A stretch of 64,000 nt of DNA from Myxococcota bacterium. Lineage in GTDB: Bacteria; Myxococcota_A; UBA9160; JAFDDA01. Position numbers and translations under genes: made by a program. The number at the start of each line of letters is the position of its first letter. The first letter of the stretch is position 1. The stretch covers positions 4,224,001 to 4,288,000 of the forward strand of contig OZ245817.1 of assembly GCA_965228475.1 (NCBI GenBank), read 5' to 3'. The notes under the pieces are model-generated. The model did not search any database, had not been told where the DNA came from, and saw nothing but the letters and a program-made list of their open reading frames with translations. This document shows, in pieces, positions 48,852 to 59,686 of this stretch.

Positions 48852-51604
48852 TGGGCCTCCCTCCAGCTGCTGCCGGTCCCGGTCTCGGCCACCAGGGGCA
48901 CCTGGAGGTCGAAAACGGTCTCCATCCGGGAAACCACGAGCTCCCGGAGGCGGTCGAGCTCGGCCTCCGGGGCCTCGAAGACCAGCTCGTCGTGGACCTG
49001 GAGGAGCATGCGGGCCGAAAGGCCCGTCTCCCGGAGGTCCGCATCGACTCCGACCATGGCCTTCTTGATCAGGTCGGCGGCGGTTCCCTGGAGGACGGTG
49101 TTCACGGCCATCCGCTCGGCGGCGTTCCGGAGCACCCGGTTCTTCGAGCGGAGATCGGGCAGGAAGCGGCGGCGGCCGAGGAGCGTCCGGACGAAGCCGT
49201 CCTCCTTGGCCTGCTCGATCGTCTCGCCCATGAACCGCTTCACGCCGGGGTACTCCGCGAAGTAGGCATCGATGAACTCCTGGGCCTCGCCCTGGGCGAT
49301 CCCCAGCTGGTTGGCGATGCCGAAGGCGCTCGAACCGTAGATGATGCCGAAGTTGATGGCCTTCGCCCGGGCCCGCTGGTCCGCGGTGACGTCCTTCTGG
49401 GGGATGTCGAGCACCTCGGCGGCGGTGCGCCGGTGGATGTCGTCGCCGGCGGCGAAGGCCTCGAGAAGCCCCTCGTCGCCGGAGAAGTGGGCCATCAGGC
49501 GGAGCTCGACCTGGGAGTAGTCCGCCGAGAGCAGCACCGTGCCCTCCGCCGGAACGAAGGCCTCGCGGATGCGGATGCCCTCTTCCGTCCGGATCGGAAT
49601 GTTCTGCACGTTCGGGTTCGTGCAGGAGAGCCGGCCCGTCGCCGCGCCCGTCTGGTTGAAGTTCGGGTGGATGCGGCCCGTGCGCGGGTTCACGAGCGGC
49701 GGCAGGGCATCGACGTAGGTGCTCTTCAGCTTGGTGAGCCGGCGGTAGGCCAGCACCTTGGCGGGCAGGTCGTGCTGGCTCGCGAGGGTTTCGAGCACGG
49801 ACTCGTCCGTCGAGAACCCGGTCTTCGTCTTCTTCCCGGGCGGGAGCTTCAGCTTCTCGAACAGGATGCGCTGGAGCTGCTTCGGAGAACCGATCGTGAA
49901 GGGCTCGCCGGCGAGCGCGTGGACTTCGCCTTCGAGCCGCTCGATCTCCCCCGCCAGGTAGACGGCGATCTCCGAAAGCACGCCTTCGTCGATGCGAACG
50001 CCGGCGCGCTCCATGCGGGCCAGGACGGCGGTGAGCGGGAGTTCGACCTCGCGGAAGAGTTCGCCGAGGCCGTCGCGTTCGAGGGTCTCGGTGAGCTTTC
50101 CGGCGAGGTCGTCGACGGCGCGCGCCTCGGCCCCGGCCCAGGCGCCGATCTCGGCGGCGGGCAGGCTCGCCGGCAGCTTGGCCTTCGCGCCGCGGCCGAC
50201 GACCTCCTCGAAGGTCGCGTGCTTGCGGCCGAGCTGCTGCGCGGCGAGGGCCGCGGTCGTGCGCGCCCCGGCAGGGTCGAGCAGGAAGGCCGCGACGGAC
50301 AGGTCGAAGGTGGGAACGGGCAGGTCGAGCCCGTGCTCGGCGAGCGCGGCCTGCACGAGCTTCCCGTCGACCGCGGCCCACGGCACCGCCGCCTTGCCGG
50401 TGAGGACCGGCCCGAGGGCGGCGACGACGTCCGGGAGTTCGATCTCCGTCGTCTCACCGAGGCCCTCGTGGGCCAGCGCGAAGTAGGCCGAGCCGCCGTC
50501 CGGGAGCGAAACCGAAAGGCCGATCGGAGCCGCCTGCATGGGCCCCGCCTCGCAGCCGACGAGGTGCAGCGCCACGCGCTCCGCCCCGGCGAGCGACTTC
50601 GCCACGGCGTCGAGGTCCGCCCGCTTGGCGACGATCTGGGTCGGCTGGGCCGGCGCTTCGGGCGCGGCCGCCTCGCCGCCGCCCTCGGCCTTCAGCGCGT
50701 CGACCAGGCGCGAGAAATCGAGCCGCTGGTAGAACTCGAGGAGCCGCTCGCGGTCCGGCGCCACCGGCGGGAGGTCCGCGAGGTCGAGCTCGAGGGGGAC
50801 GTCGCTGCGCAGGGTCGCGAGCTCGCGGGAGAGCCGCGCTTCGGCGGCCTGGGTCTCGAGCGCCTCGCGCGCACGCTTCGCCTTCACCTCGCCGGCGTTG
50901 GCGAGAAGCTTCTCGAGATCGCCCCACTCCTGGATCAGCTTGGCCGCGCCTTTTTCGCCGATGCCCTTCACGCCCGGAATGTTGTCGCTCGAATCCCCGA
51001 CGAGGGCGCGCAGGTCGAGCACCTGGCTCGGCGGCACGCCGAAGCGCTCCTCCACCTCGGCCGGGCCGTAGCGCTTGTCCTTCATCGTATCGACGAGCTG
51101 GATGCGCCCGTCGACGAGCTGCATCAGGTCCTTGTCCGTCGAGACGATCAAGAGCTCGCTCTCGGCGGGGACCTGCGCGGCGACGGTCGCGATCACGTCG
51201 TCGGCCTCGAAGCCGTCGACGCAGAGCGTGGGGAGGCCCCAGGCCGAAAGCAGCTCCTCGAAGAGCGGCCACTGGGCCGAGAGGTCTTCGGGCTGGGCGT
51301 CGCGCGTGCCCTTGTATTCGGGGTAGGTCTCGTGGCGGAAGGTCTTCCCGCGCGGATCGAGGGCGATCAGGATCGCGTCGGGCGCTTCCTCGCGCACGAG
51401 CTTGTTCAGCATGTTCGCGAAGCCGTAGACGGCGTTGGTCGGGGTGCCGTCCGAGGCGCGCAGGCCCGGGATCGCGAAGAACGCGCGATACAGGAAGTTC
51501 GCCGCGTCGACGATCGCGACGCGGGAGCGGGCTCCTCCCGAGGCCTTCGGCGCCTTCTTGCTCGCGGGCTTCTTCGCCTTCTGGGCCGCTTTCTTCTTGG
51601 GCAC
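48848..51604 (-). CDS. polA: DNA polymerase I
   Basis: 5'-3' exonuclease (YRAFFA, EADDVIA, GDSSDNIPGVKGIG); TGRLS..NPN.QNIP, SADYSQVELR, KAINFGIIYG, QVHDEL. Confidence 0.98.
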   Translation of the reverse strand: MPKKKAAQKAKKPASKKAPKASGGARSRVAIVDAANFLYRAFFAIPGLRASDGTPTNAVYGFANMLNKLVREEAPDAILIALDPRGKTFRHETYPEYKGTRDAQPEDLSAQWPLFEELLSAWGLPTLCVDGFEADDVIATVAAQVPAESELLIVSTDKDLMQLVDGRIQLVDTMKDKRYGPAEVEERFGVPPSQVLDLRALVGDSSDNIPGVKGIGEKGAAKLIQEWGDLEKLLANAGEVKAKRAREALETQAAEARLSRELATLRSDVPLELDLADLPPVAPDRERLLEFYQRLDFSRLVDALKAEGGGEAAAPEAPAQPTQIVAKRADLDAVAKSLAGAERVALHLVGCEAGPMQAAPIGLSVSLPDGGSAYFALAHEGLGETTEIELPDVVAALGPVLTGKAAVPWAAVDGKLVQAALAEHGLDLPVPTFDLSVAAFLLDPAGARTTAALAAQQLGRKHATFEEVVGRGAKAKLPASLPAAEIGAWAGAEARAVDDLAGKLTETLERDGLGELFREVELPLTAVLARMERAGVRIDEGVLSEIAVYLAGEIERLEGEVHALAGEPFTIGSPKQLQRILFEKLKLPPGKKTKTGFSTDESVLETLASQHDLPAKVLAYRRLTKLKSTYVDALPPLVNPRTGRIHPNFNQTGAATGRLSCTNPNVQNIPIRTEEGIRIREAFVPAEGTVLLSADYSQVELRLMAHFSGDEGLLEAFAAGDDIHRRTAAEVLDIPQKDVTADQRARAKAINFGIIYGSSAFGIANQLGIAQGEAQEFIDAYFAEYPGVKRFMGETIEQAKEDGFVRTLLGRRRFLPDLRSKNRVLRNAAERMAVNTVLQGTAADLIKKAMVGVDADLRETGLSARMLLQVHDELVFEAPEAELDRLRELVVSRMETVFDLQVPLVAETGTGSSWREAH

Positions 51605-51629
51605 GACGGGCCTAGGCTAGCCTACCTCC

Positions 51630-51950
51630 ATGAGCCAAGAGCCCACGGGAACGAGCGGCCCCACGGCCCCCCGCAGCCCCCGACGCCGCGTCGACGCCGG
51701 GCCGCGCCCCTTCTTCACGCTGAGCATCCTCTACCTGTTCTTCTTCTTCTTCCTGTTCAGCTTCGCCCTCGTCGCTCCGGCGCTCTGGGACGTGGCCCAG
51801 AACGTCCCGGTCGGCCCCGAGCAGGAGCGCGCCGCCTACGAGGCCGCGCGCCTCGCGGCAGGCGGGCGGCTCCTTCCGGCCTTCCTGCTCTCGGTGGCGA
51901 CGCTGGTGGCCGGCGTGAAGTTCCAGGTCCTGCCGGGCCTGCGGGACTAG
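51630..51950 (+). CDS. Small two-TM hypothetical protein
   Basis: Two hydrophobic segments; fills the gap; -10 box 6 nt upstream of ATG. Confidence 0.55.
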   Translation: MSQEPTGTSGPTAPRSPRRRVDAGPRPFFTLSILYLFFFFFLFSFALVAPALWDVAQNVPVGPEQERAAYEAARLAAGGRLLPAFLLSVATLVAGVKFQVLPGLRD

Positions 51951-51959
51951 CGACGCGCG

Positions 51960-52463
51960 CTAGCGGTAGTTGCGGGCCGTCTCGACGTACTCGAGCGCCC
52001 GGGCTCGCTGGTTCGCGACTTCCTGTGCGGTGAGCTCCCGGGCCGGCTTCGCGGGAATGCCCCGCACGAGCGTGCGCGGCGGCACCTCGACGCCCGGGCC
52101 GACGACGGCGCCCGCCGCGACGAGCGCCTCTTCTCCGATCACCGCGCCGTCGAGCACGATGGCCCCGATCCCGACGAGCGCACCGTCGTGCACCGTGCAG
52201 CCGTGGACCGTGCCGCGGTGGCCGACGGTGACCTCGTCGCCGATCACCGCCGGGAACAGGCCGCTCGTCACGTGCACGACGCAGTGGTCCTGCAGATTCG
52301 TCCGCGCACCGATCCGGATGTGGTGGACGTCGCCTCGCACGACGCTCCCGAACCAGACCGTCGAGTCCTCGCCGATCTCGACGTCGCCGATCACGACGGC
52401 GCCGGGCGCGACCCAGGCCGAGGGATGCACGATGGGATCCTTCCCTTCGTAGGGAAGGAGGAT
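51960..52463 (-). CDS. Gamma-class carbonic anhydrase family protein
   Basis: IGDVEIG, VRGDV..IRIG..TNLQD..VVH, TVGH...HGC. Family-like N-terminus (LLPYEGKDP) extends upstream of GTG 52430. Confidence 0.9.
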   Translation of the reverse strand: MLLPYEGKDPIVHPSAWVAPGAVVIGDVEIGEDSTVWFGSVVRGDVHHIRIGARTNLQDHCVVHVTSGLFPAVIGDEVTVGHRGTVHGCTVHDGALVGIGAIVLDGAVIGEEALVAAGAVVGPGVEVPPRTLVRGIPAKPARELTAQEVANQRARALEYVETARNYR

Positions 52464-52473
52464 CGGGCCGGGG

Positions 52474-53427
52474 CTAGACGTCGTCGCTGCCCTCGTAGCG
52501 GTAGGGCTCGAAGAGCTTGGTCTGGATGTAGCGCTCGCCGAAGCTCGGGATGATCACGACGATCGTGCCGAGATCCTTACCGGCCCCCTTGGCGAAACGG
52601 ACCGCCGCGGAGACGTTCGCGCCCGAAGAGATGCCGCAGAGGATCCCCTCTTCCTTCGCGAGCCGCTGGGCCATCGCGAAGGATTCGTCGTTCGAGACCG
52701 TCACGACCTCGTCGAGCAGGCTCGTATCGACGATGTCCGGCACGAAGCCCGCGCCGATGCCCTGGATCATGTGCTTCCCGGGCGAACCGCCCGAGAGGAC
52801 CGGGCTGTCCTCGGGCTCGACCGCCACCGCCTTGAAGGAGGGCTTCTTCTCCTTGATCGCCTGGGCGATGCCGGTGATCGTGCCGCCCGTGCCGATCCCG
52901 GCGACCAGGGCATCGACCTCGCCGTCGGTGTCCTCCCAGACTTCGACGGCCGTGGTGTTGCGGTGCACCTCCGGGTTGGCCGGGTTGCGGAACTGCTGCG
53001 GCATGAACGAATCCGGCACCGAATCCGCGATCTCGTAGGCGCGCTCGATCGCACCGTTCATGCCCTTGGCCGGATCCGTCAGCACGAGTTTCGCCCCGAA
53101 GGCGCGCAGGACCACCCGGCGCTCCGGGCTCATGGACTCGGGCATGGTCAGGATGCACTGGTAGCCCTTCACCGCGGCCACGAAGGCCAGGGCGATCCCG
53201 GTGTTCCCGCTCGTCGGCTCGACGATGATGCTCTTGCCCGGGATGAGCGAGCCGTCGCGCTCGGCGGCCTCGATCATCGCCCGGCCGATGCGGTCCTTCA
53301 CGGAGTTGGCGGGGTTCTGGCTCTCGAGCTTGGCCAGGATGCGCGGCCCGGCGCCGTCGGTGACGCGGTTCAGCTGGACCAGCGGGGTCCGGCCGATCAG
53401 TTCGGTGACGTTCTTCGCGACGTTCAT
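52474..53427 (-). CDS. cysK: Cysteine synthase A
   Basis: [53 protein letters not shown]. Confidence 0.97.
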   Translation of the reverse strand: MNVAKNVTELIGRTPLVQLNRVTDGAGPRILAKLESQNPANSVKDRIGRAMIEAAERDGSLIPGKSIIVEPTSGNTGIALAFVAAVKGYQCILTMPESMSPERRVVLRAFGAKLVLTDPAKGMNGAIERAYEIADSVPDSFMPQQFRNPANPEVHRNTTAVEVWEDTDGEVDALVAGIGTGGTITGIAQAIKEKKPSFKAVAVEPEDSPVLSGGSPGKHMIQGIGAGFVPDIVDTSLLDEVVTVSNDESFAMAQRLAKEEGILCGISSGANVSAAVRFAKGAGKDLGTIVVIIPSFGERYIQTKLFEPYRYEGSDDV

Positions 53428-53525
53428 GGGATCCTCCTCGGACGCAGTCGGCGGCCGAGCATACCGCGGCCCGGCCCGGCGCGTCACGCGGAGCCGCGGG
53501 TCACGGCTCGGGCCGAGAGGCCCCG

Positions 53526-54527
53526 CTAGGAGGGACGCGTAGCGCCGAGGGCTTCGAGCAGCACGGTGGCGTAGCTCCCGGGCGGCAGCGTGAAGCCGAG
53601 GCGAAGGCCACCCTCCCCGAACGAGCCGGCCGTTTCGCTCGGGCGGACGCGCAGGGCGCGGCGGCCTCCGGCCAGGCGCAGCCCGCGCGGCGGCTCGAGC
53701 GGCGCCTCGGGGTCGATGCCGACGGACCGCAGGGCCGCGGCCTCCCGCGCGGCCGGCGCCCCGGCGGGCGCCGGGTCCCGTTTCCCTGCGCGGGTGCCGA
53801 AGATCGGACCCGTCGCGCTGATCTCGAAGCGCACCGCCCGCTCGGCCTCACGCGCGAGGTCCTCGACGAGAAAGAGCCCCCCGCTTCCCTCGACGACGGC
53901 CACGTCCCCGAGCTCGACCTCGCCCAGGGGAAGCGTGCGGGTGCGGAGCGCCTCGTCGAAGACCGCCGATTGCAGCGCCGAGACCAGGAAGCGCGCCTCG
54001 CGCCGATCCCGCGCGCGCTCCCTTCCCTGAAGGACGGCGAGACCGCGCTCGGCGTTGTCGCCGTCCCGCCCGTAGCGCTGGGCGCCGAAGCGGTTGGCGA
54101 AGCCCTCCTTCGCGAAGCGCTCGAGCCGCACGATTGCCTGGGCGGCCTCTTCCTCGTTCGCGCCGTGCAGCGTGATCGTGAAGCGGTTCCCGCGCAGGTG
54201 TCCGGTGCGGAGCTTTCGCCCGTGTCGCGCCGCCGCGAGCACGCGCGCATCGGGCAGGTCGAGCGAGGCGGCAGCTTCCGGCGGGAGATCCGGAACGGAG
54301 AACCACTGGGTCGTCGTGGCGTGGCGGTCCTTGCGGCCGGCATAACCGATCTCTCGCGGCGCCACCCCCGCGGCGCGTGCGAGGTCGCGAGCGACCTGCT
54401 CGGTCGTCCGCCCGCGTTTCTCGATCCGCACGAAGGTATGGGGCCCCTCGCCCGAGGGCTCGTAGGCCGCGATCTCCTCGACGACGAAATCCTCGGGCGA
54501 GAACCGCTCCGGGAGGAGGAGACTCAT
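53526..54527 (-). CDS. truD: tRNA pseudouridine(13) synthase
   Basis: [44 protein letters not shown]. Confidence 0.93.
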   Translation of the reverse strand: MSLLLPERFSPEDFVVEEIAAYEPSGEGPHTFVRIEKRGRTTEQVARDLARAAGVAPREIGYAGRKDRHATTTQWFSVPDLPPEAAASLDLPDARVLAAARHGRKLRTGHLRGNRFTITLHGANEEEAAQAIVRLERFAKEGFANRFGAQRYGRDGDNAERGLAVLQGRERARDRREARFLVSALQSAVFDEALRTRTLPLGEVELGDVAVVEGSGGLFLVEDLAREAERAVRFEISATGPIFGTRAGKRDPAPAGAPAAREAAALRSVGIDPEAPLEPPRGLRLAGGRRALRVRPSETAGSFGEGGLRLGFTLPPGSYATVLLEALGATRPS

Positions 54528-54558
54528 GGCTGCGCCGGCGGTCGCGAGCGCGCGGGCA

Positions 54559-55293
54559 TCACGCGGAGGCGAGCTCCCGCGCGCGCTCGAGCTCCTTCTC
54601 GATGGCGCTTCGCAGCTCTCCGGTCAGGGCGTCGCGCTCGTCGAAGCTCCGTCCGGCGGTCGGGATCGGCTCTCCGACGGCGAGGCCAATCGTCCCGCCG
54701 GGCCCGGTCCGCATCCCCCGCGGCAGGATCGCACGCGAGCCGGCGATGGCGACGGGCACCATCGGCAGGCCCGATTTCACGGCGAAGGCCGCCGCACCCT
54801 TCTTGAAGGGCTGGAGTTCCCCGTCGTGGCTGCGCGTGCCCTCGGCGAAGAAGAGCACGGAGACGTCCTCGAGCAGCTCCGCCTGGGCCGCGTCGAGCCG
54901 GCTCGTGTCCTTCCGCGCGTCCCCGCGCGTGACGAAGACCGTGCCCGAACGGCGCAGGGCGGCCCCGAAGATCGGAATCTTCCCGAGCTGCTGCTTCGCG
55001 ACGAAGCGAAGCGGATGGTCCTTCAACGCGACGAGCAGCGCAGGTACGTCGAGATGGCTCTCGTGGTTCGCGACGACGACGTAGCGCTCCCCAAGCGTCA
55101 GGCGCTCGAGCCCGGCGGCCCTCACCCGCGAGCGGAAACCGAACAGGGTGAAGCGCCCGAAGGCGGTGTAGAAGGGATGGATCGCCGGGCCGGTCCCGCG
55201 CGTGAAGAACGAAACGACGATGCCCGCACCCATCACGAGGATCGTCGCGAGGGTGACCGCGAGAAGACCCCGGGCCGTCCGCAGGAAGTCCAT
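54559..55293 (-). CDS. plsC: 1-acyl-sn-glycerol-3-phosphate acyltransferase
   Basis: ANHESHLD, FVAK, FAEGTRS, FKKGA. Confidence 0.88.
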   Translation of the reverse strand: MDFLRTARGLLAVTLATILVMGAGIVVSFFTRGTGPAIHPFYTAFGRFTLFGFRSRVRAAGLERLTLGERYVVVANHESHLDVPALLVALKDHPLRFVAKQQLGKIPIFGAALRRSGTVFVTRGDARKDTSRLDAAQAELLEDVSVLFFAEGTRSHDGELQPFKKGAAAFAVKSGLPMVPVAIAGSRAILPRGMRTGPGGTIGLAVGEPIPTAGRSFDERDALTGELRSAIEKELERARELASA

Positions 55294-56084
55294 CACGTCG
55301 GAAGGAGGAGCTGCCCGACGGGCGCGAAGCTGCGCCGGTGAACCGGGGACGGGCCGAGCCGGCGCAGGGCGTCCAGGTGGTCCGCCGTGCCGTACCCCTT
55401 GTGGCGCTCGAAGCCGTAGCCGGGATGGCGGGCGGCGAGGTCGGCCATGATCGCGTCGCGGCGGACCTTCGCCACGATCGAAGCCGCGGCGATCGAACCG
55501 TCGATGGCATCGCCGTGCACGAGCGGCGTCTGGCGGATCGAGATGCCCGGGATCCGGCGCGCGTCCACGAGCAGGTGATCGGGCGGCGGCGAGAGCGCGG
55601 CGACGGCGCGGCGCATCGCCTCGAGCCCGGCCCGGAAGACGTTCAGGCGCTCGATCTCCTCCGGCTCGACGTGCCCGAAACCGACGGCCACGGCCTGCGC
55701 GCGGATTGCGCCGTCGAGCCGTTCCCGCGCCGCTCGGGTCAGCTTCTTCGAGTCGTCGAGGCCGGGAAGCTCCGGGTCCTCCCCGAGCACCACGGCGGCG
55801 GCGACGATCGGGCCGGCGAGCGGCCCCATCCCGACCTCGTCGACGCCCGCCACGCGGCCGGCGCCCCCGGCGGCGATCCGGCCGCGCAGCGAGAACAGCC
55901 CGGCGACCCGGCGCCGATCCTCCTCGATCGCGTCGCGCCGCTTCTTCCAGCGCTCGGCGAGCCGCCGCGCACCGGCCCGGCGGTCCGCGGTGAGGGCATC
56001 GAGCAGGGCCGCGGGCGGCTTCGCCTCGGCCGGGTCGCCGAGGCGCGCTTCGAGATCGCGCAGGGAGAGGCCGGAGACGTCCAC
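55293..56084 (-). CDS. rnhB: Ribonuclease HII
   Basis: GVDEVGMGPLAGP, DDSKKL, IAAASIVAKV.RD, HKGYGT, HRRSF. Confidence 0.95.
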   Translation of the reverse strand: MDVSGLSLRDLEARLGDPAEAKPPAALLDALTADRRAGARRLAERWKKRRDAIEEDRRRVAGLFSLRGRIAAGGAGRVAGVDEVGMGPLAGPIVAAAVVLGEDPELPGLDDSKKLTRAARERLDGAIRAQAVAVGFGHVEPEEIERLNVFRAGLEAMRRAVAALSPPPDHLLVDARRIPGISIRQTPLVHGDAIDGSIAAASIVAKVRRDAIMADLAARHPGYGFERHKGYGTADHLDALRRLGPSPVHRRSFAPVGQLLLPT

Positions 56085-57139
56085 TACTCGCCGCGCTCCG
56101 CATCTTCTTCGCCCCGACCGCGCAGGCCGAGCTTTCGCTCGATGGCACGGACCCGCTTCACGAGCTCCGGCAGCCGGAGCAGGGAGGCCGTCACCCGGTT
56201 GAAGCGGCGGAACTCGAGCTGGGGAAAGCCGCCGATGCGCGCACCCGGTTCGACGTCGCGCGTGACGCCGCCGCGCGCGGCGATGAAGGCACGCTCGCCG
56301 ACCTTCGCGCCGTTCGCGAAGCCCGACTGCGCCATGAGGATCGCTCCGTCCCCGACGACCGTCCGCCCCGAGAGACCGGACTGCGCGACGATCAGGACGT
56401 CCTCGCCGATGACGCAGTTGTGTCCGATCTGCACGAGGTTGTCGATCTTCGTGCCGCGGCCGATCCGGGTGTCGTCGAGGGCACCGCGGTCGATCGTGCT
56501 GCCGGCGCCGATCTCGACGTCGTCTCCGACGACCACGCCGCCGACCTGCGGAACCTTCTGCGGCGTGCCACTGGCATCGGGCGCGTAGCCGAAGCCGTCG
56601 CCACCGACGACGGCGCAGGGCTGCAGGATCACGCGATCGCCGAGCCGCGTCCCGCGGCGCACGACGCAGCCCGAGTGGATCGTGCAGTCGTCTCCGACGA
56701 CGACCTCCGCGTCCACCGTGGCGTTCGGGTGAACGGTGCTGCGAGCACCCACGACGGACCCCGCGCCCACGACGGCGTTCGCGCCCACCGACGCAGTGGC
56801 ATCGACACGCGCTCCCGGCTCCACCACCGCGGCGGGGTGGATGCCGGGTTCGGGCCGCGGGTCCGGCCGGAGGTGCGCCACGGCGCGGGCGAAATCGTGT
56901 CCCGGGTTCGGCGAGCGCAGGGCCGGGCGCCCGCCGGCGTCGAGACCGTGGGGCAGGATCACGGCACCGGCCTTCGAAGCCGCGAGGGCCTCGGCGTACT
57001 GGGCGTCGCGCACGAAGCACAGGTCCGTCGGGCCGGCGGATTCGAGGCTCGCGACGCCCTCGAGCGCGGTCTCGCCGTTGCCCTCGACCTCGCGACCCAG
57101 GTGCTCCGCGAGTTCGCGCAGCGAAATCGCTCCTGCCAA
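56084..57139 (-). CDS. lpxD: UDP-3-O-acylglucosamine N-acyltransferase
   Basis: Hexapeptide repeats, [29 protein letters not shown]. Confidence 0.95.
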   Translation of the reverse strand: MAGAISLRELAEHLGREVEGNGETALEGVASLESAGPTDLCFVRDAQYAEALAASKAGAVILPHGLDAGGRPALRSPNPGHDFARAVAHLRPDPRPEPGIHPAAVVEPGARVDATASVGANAVVGAGSVVGARSTVHPNATVDAEVVVGDDCTIHSGCVVRRGTRLGDRVILQPCAVVGGDGFGYAPDASGTPQKVPQVGGVVVGDDVEIGAGSTIDRGALDDTRIGRGTKIDNLVQIGHNCVIGEDVLIVAQSGLSGRTVVGDGAILMAQSGFANGAKVGERAFIAARGGVTRDVEPGARIGGFPQLEFRRFNRVTASLLRLPELVKRVRAIERKLGLRGRGEEDAERGE

Positions 57140-57226
57140 CGGAATCCCCCCTCGCAGGGGGAGTCTAGCGAGGTCTTGGGCGCCTATTCAGCCCGGGAGG
57201 CGGGCTGCGGAAACGTAGCGAGCGCC

Positions 57227-58045
57227 CTAGCGCGCGAGCAGGACCGCGACGGGCGAGTTCCGGATCACGGCGGCCGAGTTGCTCCCGAGGAAGTACTCGG
57301 TGATCCGGCTGCGCCCGAAGGCCCCCATCACGATCAAACCGGCGCCGCTCTCGCGCGCCGCGTCGATGACCTTCACGTCGGGCCGGCCGAGCGTCGAGGC
57401 CGTCTCCCGCACGGGCACGGCGAGGCTTCCGAGCAGGCGCCGCACCTCGTCGAAGCGGGCGGCGGCGCGCCCCTTGTCCTTCGAATCGACGAAGACGTGG
57501 ACAGGCTCCGAGAGGCGGCTCGCGAGTTCGACGGTCAGCTTGGCGGCGATGCGCGAGCCCGGCGAGCCGTCGAAGGCCAGCACGATCGGGCCCGAGAGCT
57601 CGGCGCCCCGGGGCACGACGATGGCGGGCTTGCTCGTCTTGCGGATCGCGGCGTCGACGACCGAGCCGATCAGCGCGCTGCGGAAGTCCGCATGCTCACC
57701 GTCCCGGCCGAGCACGAGCAGCCCGGCCTGGGCCGCACCCTCGACGAGCCGGTCGTCGGCCGCACCGCTCGCGGTCTCGCAGACGACCTCGATCCCGGCG
57801 GCGCGCGCCTGGTCCGAGAGCCTTCGGCAGGCCGCTTCGGCGCGAAGCTTGAGCCAGCTCTCGAGCCCCTCGACGGGCTTCGGCGCCAGGGACAGCCCGT
57901 CCTCGCCCGAGCGGAAGGCGCGGTCTTCGACGACCGAGAGCCCCGTCAAACTGGCGCGCATGCGCGCCGCCAATGCCACGGCCAGGCTCTCCGCCGCTGC
58001 CGCCGTCGTGCTTCCGTCGGTCCCGACCAGAATCGAATCGATCAT
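57227..58045 (-). CDS. Universal stress protein (tandem USP domains)
   Basis: ILVGTDGS, LIGSV, VLAFDGS, IVMGAFGRSRI.E..LGS. Confidence 0.9.
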   Translation of the reverse strand: MIDSILVGTDGSTTAAAAESLAVALAARMRASLTGLSVVEDRAFRSGEDGLSLAPKPVEGLESWLKLRAEAACRRLSDQARAAGIEVVCETASGAADDRLVEGAAQAGLLVLGRDGEHADFRSALIGSVVDAAIRKTSKPAIVVPRGAELSGPIVLAFDGSPGSRIAAKLTVELASRLSEPVHVFVDSKDKGRAAARFDEVRRLLGSLAVPVRETASTLGRPDVKVIDAARESGAGLIVMGAFGRSRITEYFLGSNSAAVIRNSPVAVLLAR

Positions 58046-58075
58046 CTTCCAAGCACCCCTACGCTCGCGCGCCCT

Positions 58076-59608
58076 CTACGAGAGCCAACGTCCGAGCGGA
58101 GTTCCCCAAAGCCATCGCACCACCCGCTTCATGCGGCCGAGCTTCCGGTCCGTGTGCGGATACCAGTTGCCCTCGGACTTCCCGCCGAACCGGTCCACCA
58201 GGATCGCCTGCGCATGACAGTATGAACGCAAACCGATCTCGCCGTTGACCTGTCCGATCCCGGAATCCTTCCGCCCGCCGAAGGGGGCCTCGGTCACGCC
58301 ATAGGTGACCATGGTGTCGTTCACGACGACGGCCCCCGCCTCGATCTGCTTCGCGAGTTCGCGGCCGCGCCGCTTGTCGCGCGTGAAGACGCTGGCGTTG
58401 AGCCCGTAGGGCGAGTCGTTCGCGAGGCGCACGGCCGTGTCCTCGTCGCGCACCCGAAGGATGGGCAGGACCGGACCGAAGGTCTCCTCGCGCATGACCT
58501 TCATCTCGTGGCTGACCTCGGTCAGGACCGTCGGCTCGTAGAAGAGGCCTTCGTAGGCCGGGTTGCGGCGTCCGCCCGCCAGCAGCCGGGCGCCCTTCTC
58601 GACGGCGTCGTCGACGTGGGCGGTCACGATGTCGAGCTGCCCGGGCGTGATCATGCTGCCGACGTCGATCTCGCCGCCCGTGCCCTGGCGGAGCTCCGCC
58701 GTCTTGGCGACGACCTTGCGCGTGAACTCGTCGGCGACGTCCTCGTGGACGTAGACGCGCTCGGTCGAGATGCACACCTGGCCCGAGTTGGCGAAGGCGC
58801 CGAAGACCGCGCCGTTGGCCGCGCGGTCGACGTCCGCGTCCGCGCAGACGATCATCGGGTCCTTGCCCCCGAGCTCGAGGGTGCAGGGGATGAGGTTGCG
58901 CCCGCAGATCTCGCCGACCTTGCGGCCGGTCGCGACGCTCCCGGTGAAGGAGATCTTGTCGACGCCGGCCTCGCAGAGTGCCCTGCCGGTTTCGCCATCG
59001 CCCTGGATCACCTGGAAGACGCCCTCGGGCAGTCCGGCGCCTTCGAACACGTCCGCGAGCAGCTGGCCGGAGAATGCCGTCACCTCGGAGGGCTTGAGCA
59101 GGACCGCGTTACCCGCCATCAGCGCCTGGGCCGTCGGGTTCATCGATAGGACGAACGGGAAGTTCCAGGGCGTGATGATCCCGACCACGCCGAGCGGCCG
59201 GTAGGAGACGTGGAGTTTCTTGTTCTTGACGAGGTGAACGGGGAGGCGGCGGTCGGCGAGGATGTGGCGCGCGCGTTTCGCGTAGAAGGTGAGCGCATCG
59301 CAGGCGGCGACGATCTCCGAGGCGAAGGCCTCGGCGGTCGGCTTGCCCGTCTCGCGCACGACGGTCTCGACGATCTCGTCCTGGCGTTCGAGGAGTTGGG
59401 CGACGGCGCGCTCGAGGTACTTCCCGCGCTCCGCGAAGTCGAGCGCCGCCCAGTCCGGCTGGGCCTTGCGCGCGCGCTCGACCGCGGCGCGCACCTCGGG
59501 CTCCGTCTGCGCGTCGAACTCGCCGACGGGCTCGAGCGTCGCCGGGTTCAAGAGCCGGTAGCGGCGGCGGCCGGACTCTTCGGACGGCATGGCCTCGACC
59601 CAGGCCAT
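58076..59608 (-). CDS. Aldehyde dehydrogenase family protein
   Basis: ITPWNFP, KPSE, FTGS, LELGGKDP, GQVC, EETFGP, PFGG.K.SG.G; AGGAGG SD. Confidence 0.95.
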   Translation of the reverse strand: MAWVEAMPSEESGRRRYRLLNPATLEPVGEFDAQTEPEVRAAVERARKAQPDWAALDFAERGKYLERAVAQLLERQDEIVETVVRETGKPTAEAFASEIVAACDALTFYAKRARHILADRRLPVHLVKNKKLHVSYRPLGVVGIITPWNFPFVLSMNPTAQALMAGNAVLLKPSEVTAFSGQLLADVFEGAGLPEGVFQVIQGDGETGRALCEAGVDKISFTGSVATGRKVGEICGRNLIPCTLELGGKDPMIVCADADVDRAANGAVFGAFANSGQVCISTERVYVHEDVADEFTRKVVAKTAELRQGTGGEIDVGSMITPGQLDIVTAHVDDAVEKGARLLAGGRRNPAYEGLFYEPTVLTEVSHEMKVMREETFGPVLPILRVRDEDTAVRLANDSPYGLNASVFTRDKRRGRELAKQIEAGAVVVNDTMVTYGVTEAPFGGRKDSGIGQVNGEIGLRSYCHAQAILVDRFGGKSEGNWYPHTDRKLGRMKRVVRWLWGTPLGRWLS

Positions 59609-59686
59609 CGGGTTCCTCCTCACCTACTCACACGGGCGTCCGGTCGCTTCCGGCCGCTTCCCGGGAGCCGGGAGGGGGTCAGGGCA

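Noticed and set aside
57140..57170. Hairpin sequestering the lpxD SD (possible RNA thermometer)
   Set aside because: A TAGACT -10 abuts the 5' arm, so the local transcript would lack most of it; short G/C-run pairing is expected by chance.
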